A stretch of DNA of 8,708 nucleotides from Octopus sinensis (Eukaryota). Of the stretch, positions 6,916 through 8,708 are shown one piece after another (position 1 is the first letter of the stretch; each line of letters begins with the position of its first letter). The notes under the pieces were generated by a model. That model ran no database searches. It was not told where the DNA came from and saw only the letters and a list, made by a program, of their open reading frames with translations. The stretch is from contig NW_021828291.1 in assembly GCF_006345805.1 (NCBI RefSeq), positions 1-8,708 of the forward strand. The letters are read 5' to 3'. The translations under genes were made by a program, and so were the position numbers.

Positions 6916-7035
6916 CTCACAAGGGTTTGGTCGGCACGAAGCTATAGCAGAAGATACCAGCCCAAGATGCCACGCAGTGGGACTGAACCCGGAACCACGT
7001 GGTTGGTAAGCAGGCTACTTACCACACACCCACTC
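6888..7035 (-). mobile_element. 5' half of a CORE-like SINE with a ~14-bp internal deletion
   Basis: Aligns to 5587-5747 but lacks TTCAGTTTCCGTCT. Head ends at CACTC (7035). Confidence 0.88.
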
Positions 7036-7182
7036 ATTGTTTCAATATTTTGCTTAGACATTGCATGACTAATAATCCGGTGTTTAAATCAATATATGAA
7101 TGTTTGTGAATGAAGTGTTGGCTGAGTATAGAACGTATTAAGAAAGAGAGATGACAAAGGAAGAAATGTTTATCTTATGAAT

Positions 7183-7280
7183 TTCATTAGCTTACAGCTA
7201 TTTCGGCTATGAGATGCAGTGGATTCATAGTTGAGTGCCTGAATAACATCCAATATCTTCATCAGAGCTTCGAATATGAA
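7183..7280 (-). ncRNA. Degenerate type I hammerhead ribozyme-like motif (Penelope-like-element style)
   Basis: Minus strand reads AGCT-CTGATGA-AG...CC-GAAA-TAGCTGTA-AGCT. CTGATGA is at 7265-7259 and GAAA at 7204-7201, with a near-palindromic mini helix III, a GUA triplet and a 4-bp helix I. Helix II is interrupted. Confidence 0.6.
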
Positions 7281-7375
7281 GTGCAATTTATTCGGGAAAG
7301 AATTTCATTTGTGCCTAAAGGAATAGAGATTTGGAATCCGGACAGGTAACTTATTAGCGCTCCGATATAATCCAG

Positions 7376-7784
7376 GGATCTTTTCGGTTTCAACGGCAGT
7401 TTTTTCTAGCGGTGTCATATGAAATTGTCACCCATAATTATGACCCTAGTATCGATCTATTGCATTTCAATCTGTTTTAGGGTTAGGGGTTAGGGGGGGT
7501 ATCTTTTTTCTTCAGAAATGTAAATAAACCCAATCTGTTTCTTAAACGAGGGACATATTCATACGGCACAGAATGTTTTCACCTCAATAGACGTCATTGA
7601 TTGGTTGAAATTGCAGAAATTGAAGAAAAATAAACAACAAATATCTTACAAACTATAGAATTTTCTCAATAAAGTCAAGAGAAAAATATGTTTTATAAAC
7701 ACATTCTACTAGTATACGAAGTTTAAAATTTTTTAGTTACGTGGAAATTATATTAAAAAACTGCCGTTCAAACCGAAAAGATCC
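7376..7784 (+). mobile_element. 409-bp non-autonomous TIR element (MITE), copy 1, Merlin-like ends; strand arbitrary
   Basis: 30-bp TIRs (7376-7405 and 7755-7784, 29/30 match) starting GGATC. Exact 8-bp TSD TAATCCAG at 7368-7375 and 7785-7792. No coding capacity. Confidence 0.92.
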
Positions 7785-8023
7785 TAATCCAGATCTGGCT
7801 AACCATAACGAATGATAGTAACATACAGAATTGTTTAAGATAAAACAATTAAATTGTGTTTCGTTTTTGGATTTGGTTTGAAAGATTCTTTGTATGAGTT
7901 CGTGTGCAGAGACTATTGAAAAGGTTGCAAGACACAACGAAAATATTAGGAAAATAAAAATAAGAAATAAATGGAAATTTTACCGGTGAGTGTGTTGAAT
8001 TATAAAGGCACGAAAATAAAATT

Positions 8024-8430
8024 GGATCATTTCGGTTTGAACGGCAGTTTTTTTAATATAATTTCCACGTAACTAAACACTTTCAAACTTCGTATACTGG
8101 TAGAATGTGTTTATAAAACATCTTTTTCTCTTGGCTGTCTTGAGAAAATTCTATAGTTTGTAAGATAGTTGTTTTTTCTTCAATTTCTGCAATTTCAACC
8201 AATCAATGACGTCTATTGAGGTGAAAACATTCTGTGCTGTATGAATATGTCTCTCGTTTAAGAAACAGATTGGGTTTATTTACATTTGTGGAGAAAAAAA
8301 GATACCCTTCCCCCCACCCCTAACCCTAAAACTGATTGAAATGCAATAGATCGATACTAGGGTCATAATTATGGGTGACAATCTCATATGACACCTCTAG
8401 AAAAAACTGCCGTTCAAACCGAAAAGATCC
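8024..8430 (-). mobile_element. 407-bp MITE, copy 2, inverted relative to copy 1
   Basis: Reverse complement of 7376-7784 along its full length. TIRs at 8024-8053 and 8401-8430 (29/30). Flanks ATAAAATT (8016-8023) and ATAAAATG (8431-8438) give a 7/8 TSD. Confidence 0.92.
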
Positions 8431-8566
8431 ATAAAATGACTCTCCCCAGACACAACAGAATTAAATTGTGTTACACACGATATGTAAATCCGGAGTTCTC
8501 TTCGTTGGATTTCATAAAGAACAATGGAGAATTATACATCTTCAAAGATTATTCATTACAATATTA

Positions 8567-8708
8567 GGATCTTTTCATTTTGAACGGCACACGTCAACAC
8601 AATTTCTAGTTAACTAAACACTTTTAAACTTCGTATACTGGTAGAATGTGTCAAAATAAACATTTTTTTCTCTTGGCTTTCTTGAGAAAATGTAATTCAT
8701 TTGTTTAA
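8567..8708 (-). mobile_element. Diverged MITE copy 3 (variant subfamily), cut by the window edge, same orientation as copy 2
   Basis: GGATCTTTTCATTTTGAACGGCA terminus, then AACTAAACACTTTTAAACTTCGTATACTGGTAGAATGTGT...TCTCTTGGCT.TCTTGAGAAAAT matching 8070-8150. Confidence 0.85.

Noticed and set aside
251-7035. tRNA genes
   Set aside because: A-box and B-box motifs belong to SINE heads. No complete cloverleaf or acceptor stem was found.
7737-7937. 66-aa minus-strand ORF, and the 98-aa ORF at 2000-2296
   Set aside because: Both run into repeat termini, use non-ATG starts and show no recognisable motif.
7376-8430. A single 1-kb Foldback element with 408-bp TIRs
   Set aside because: Each arm has its own TIR pair and its own different 8-bp TSD, and the outer flanks do not match each other.
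7825-8472. Shared AATTAAATTGTGTT (7847-7860 and 8459-8472) and AGACACAAC in the two MITE-flanking spacers
   Set aside because: Short AT-rich matches that do not extend colinearly and cannot be distinguished from chance by eye.

Overview
Repeat-dense eukaryotic intron/intergenic DNA with no intact protein-coding gene. The SINE families and microsatellite load resemble coleoid cephalopod (Octopus-type) genomes; this is recall, not a database match. Contents in order: a minus-strand L1/Tx1-like LINE ORF2 fragment (1-252, absent from the ORF track); a tRNA-derived SINE; a deleted mariner transposase remnant; a cluster of CORE-like SINE copies; a hairpin-rich 182-bp direct repeat whose two copies differ by a flipped loop; a 2.5-kb compound tetra/di/tri-nucleotide microsatellite that explains all the long ORFs; more SINEs; the 3' end of a CR1/L2-like LINE; a 25-bp fold-back hairpin; a degenerate Penelope-type hammerhead ribozyme motif on the minus strand; and three copies of a ~408-bp MITE with GG-ended 30-bp TIRs and 8-bp TSDs (Merlin-like). 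Best leads: the hammerhead motif, the structured direct repeat, the fold-back hairpin and the MITE family.
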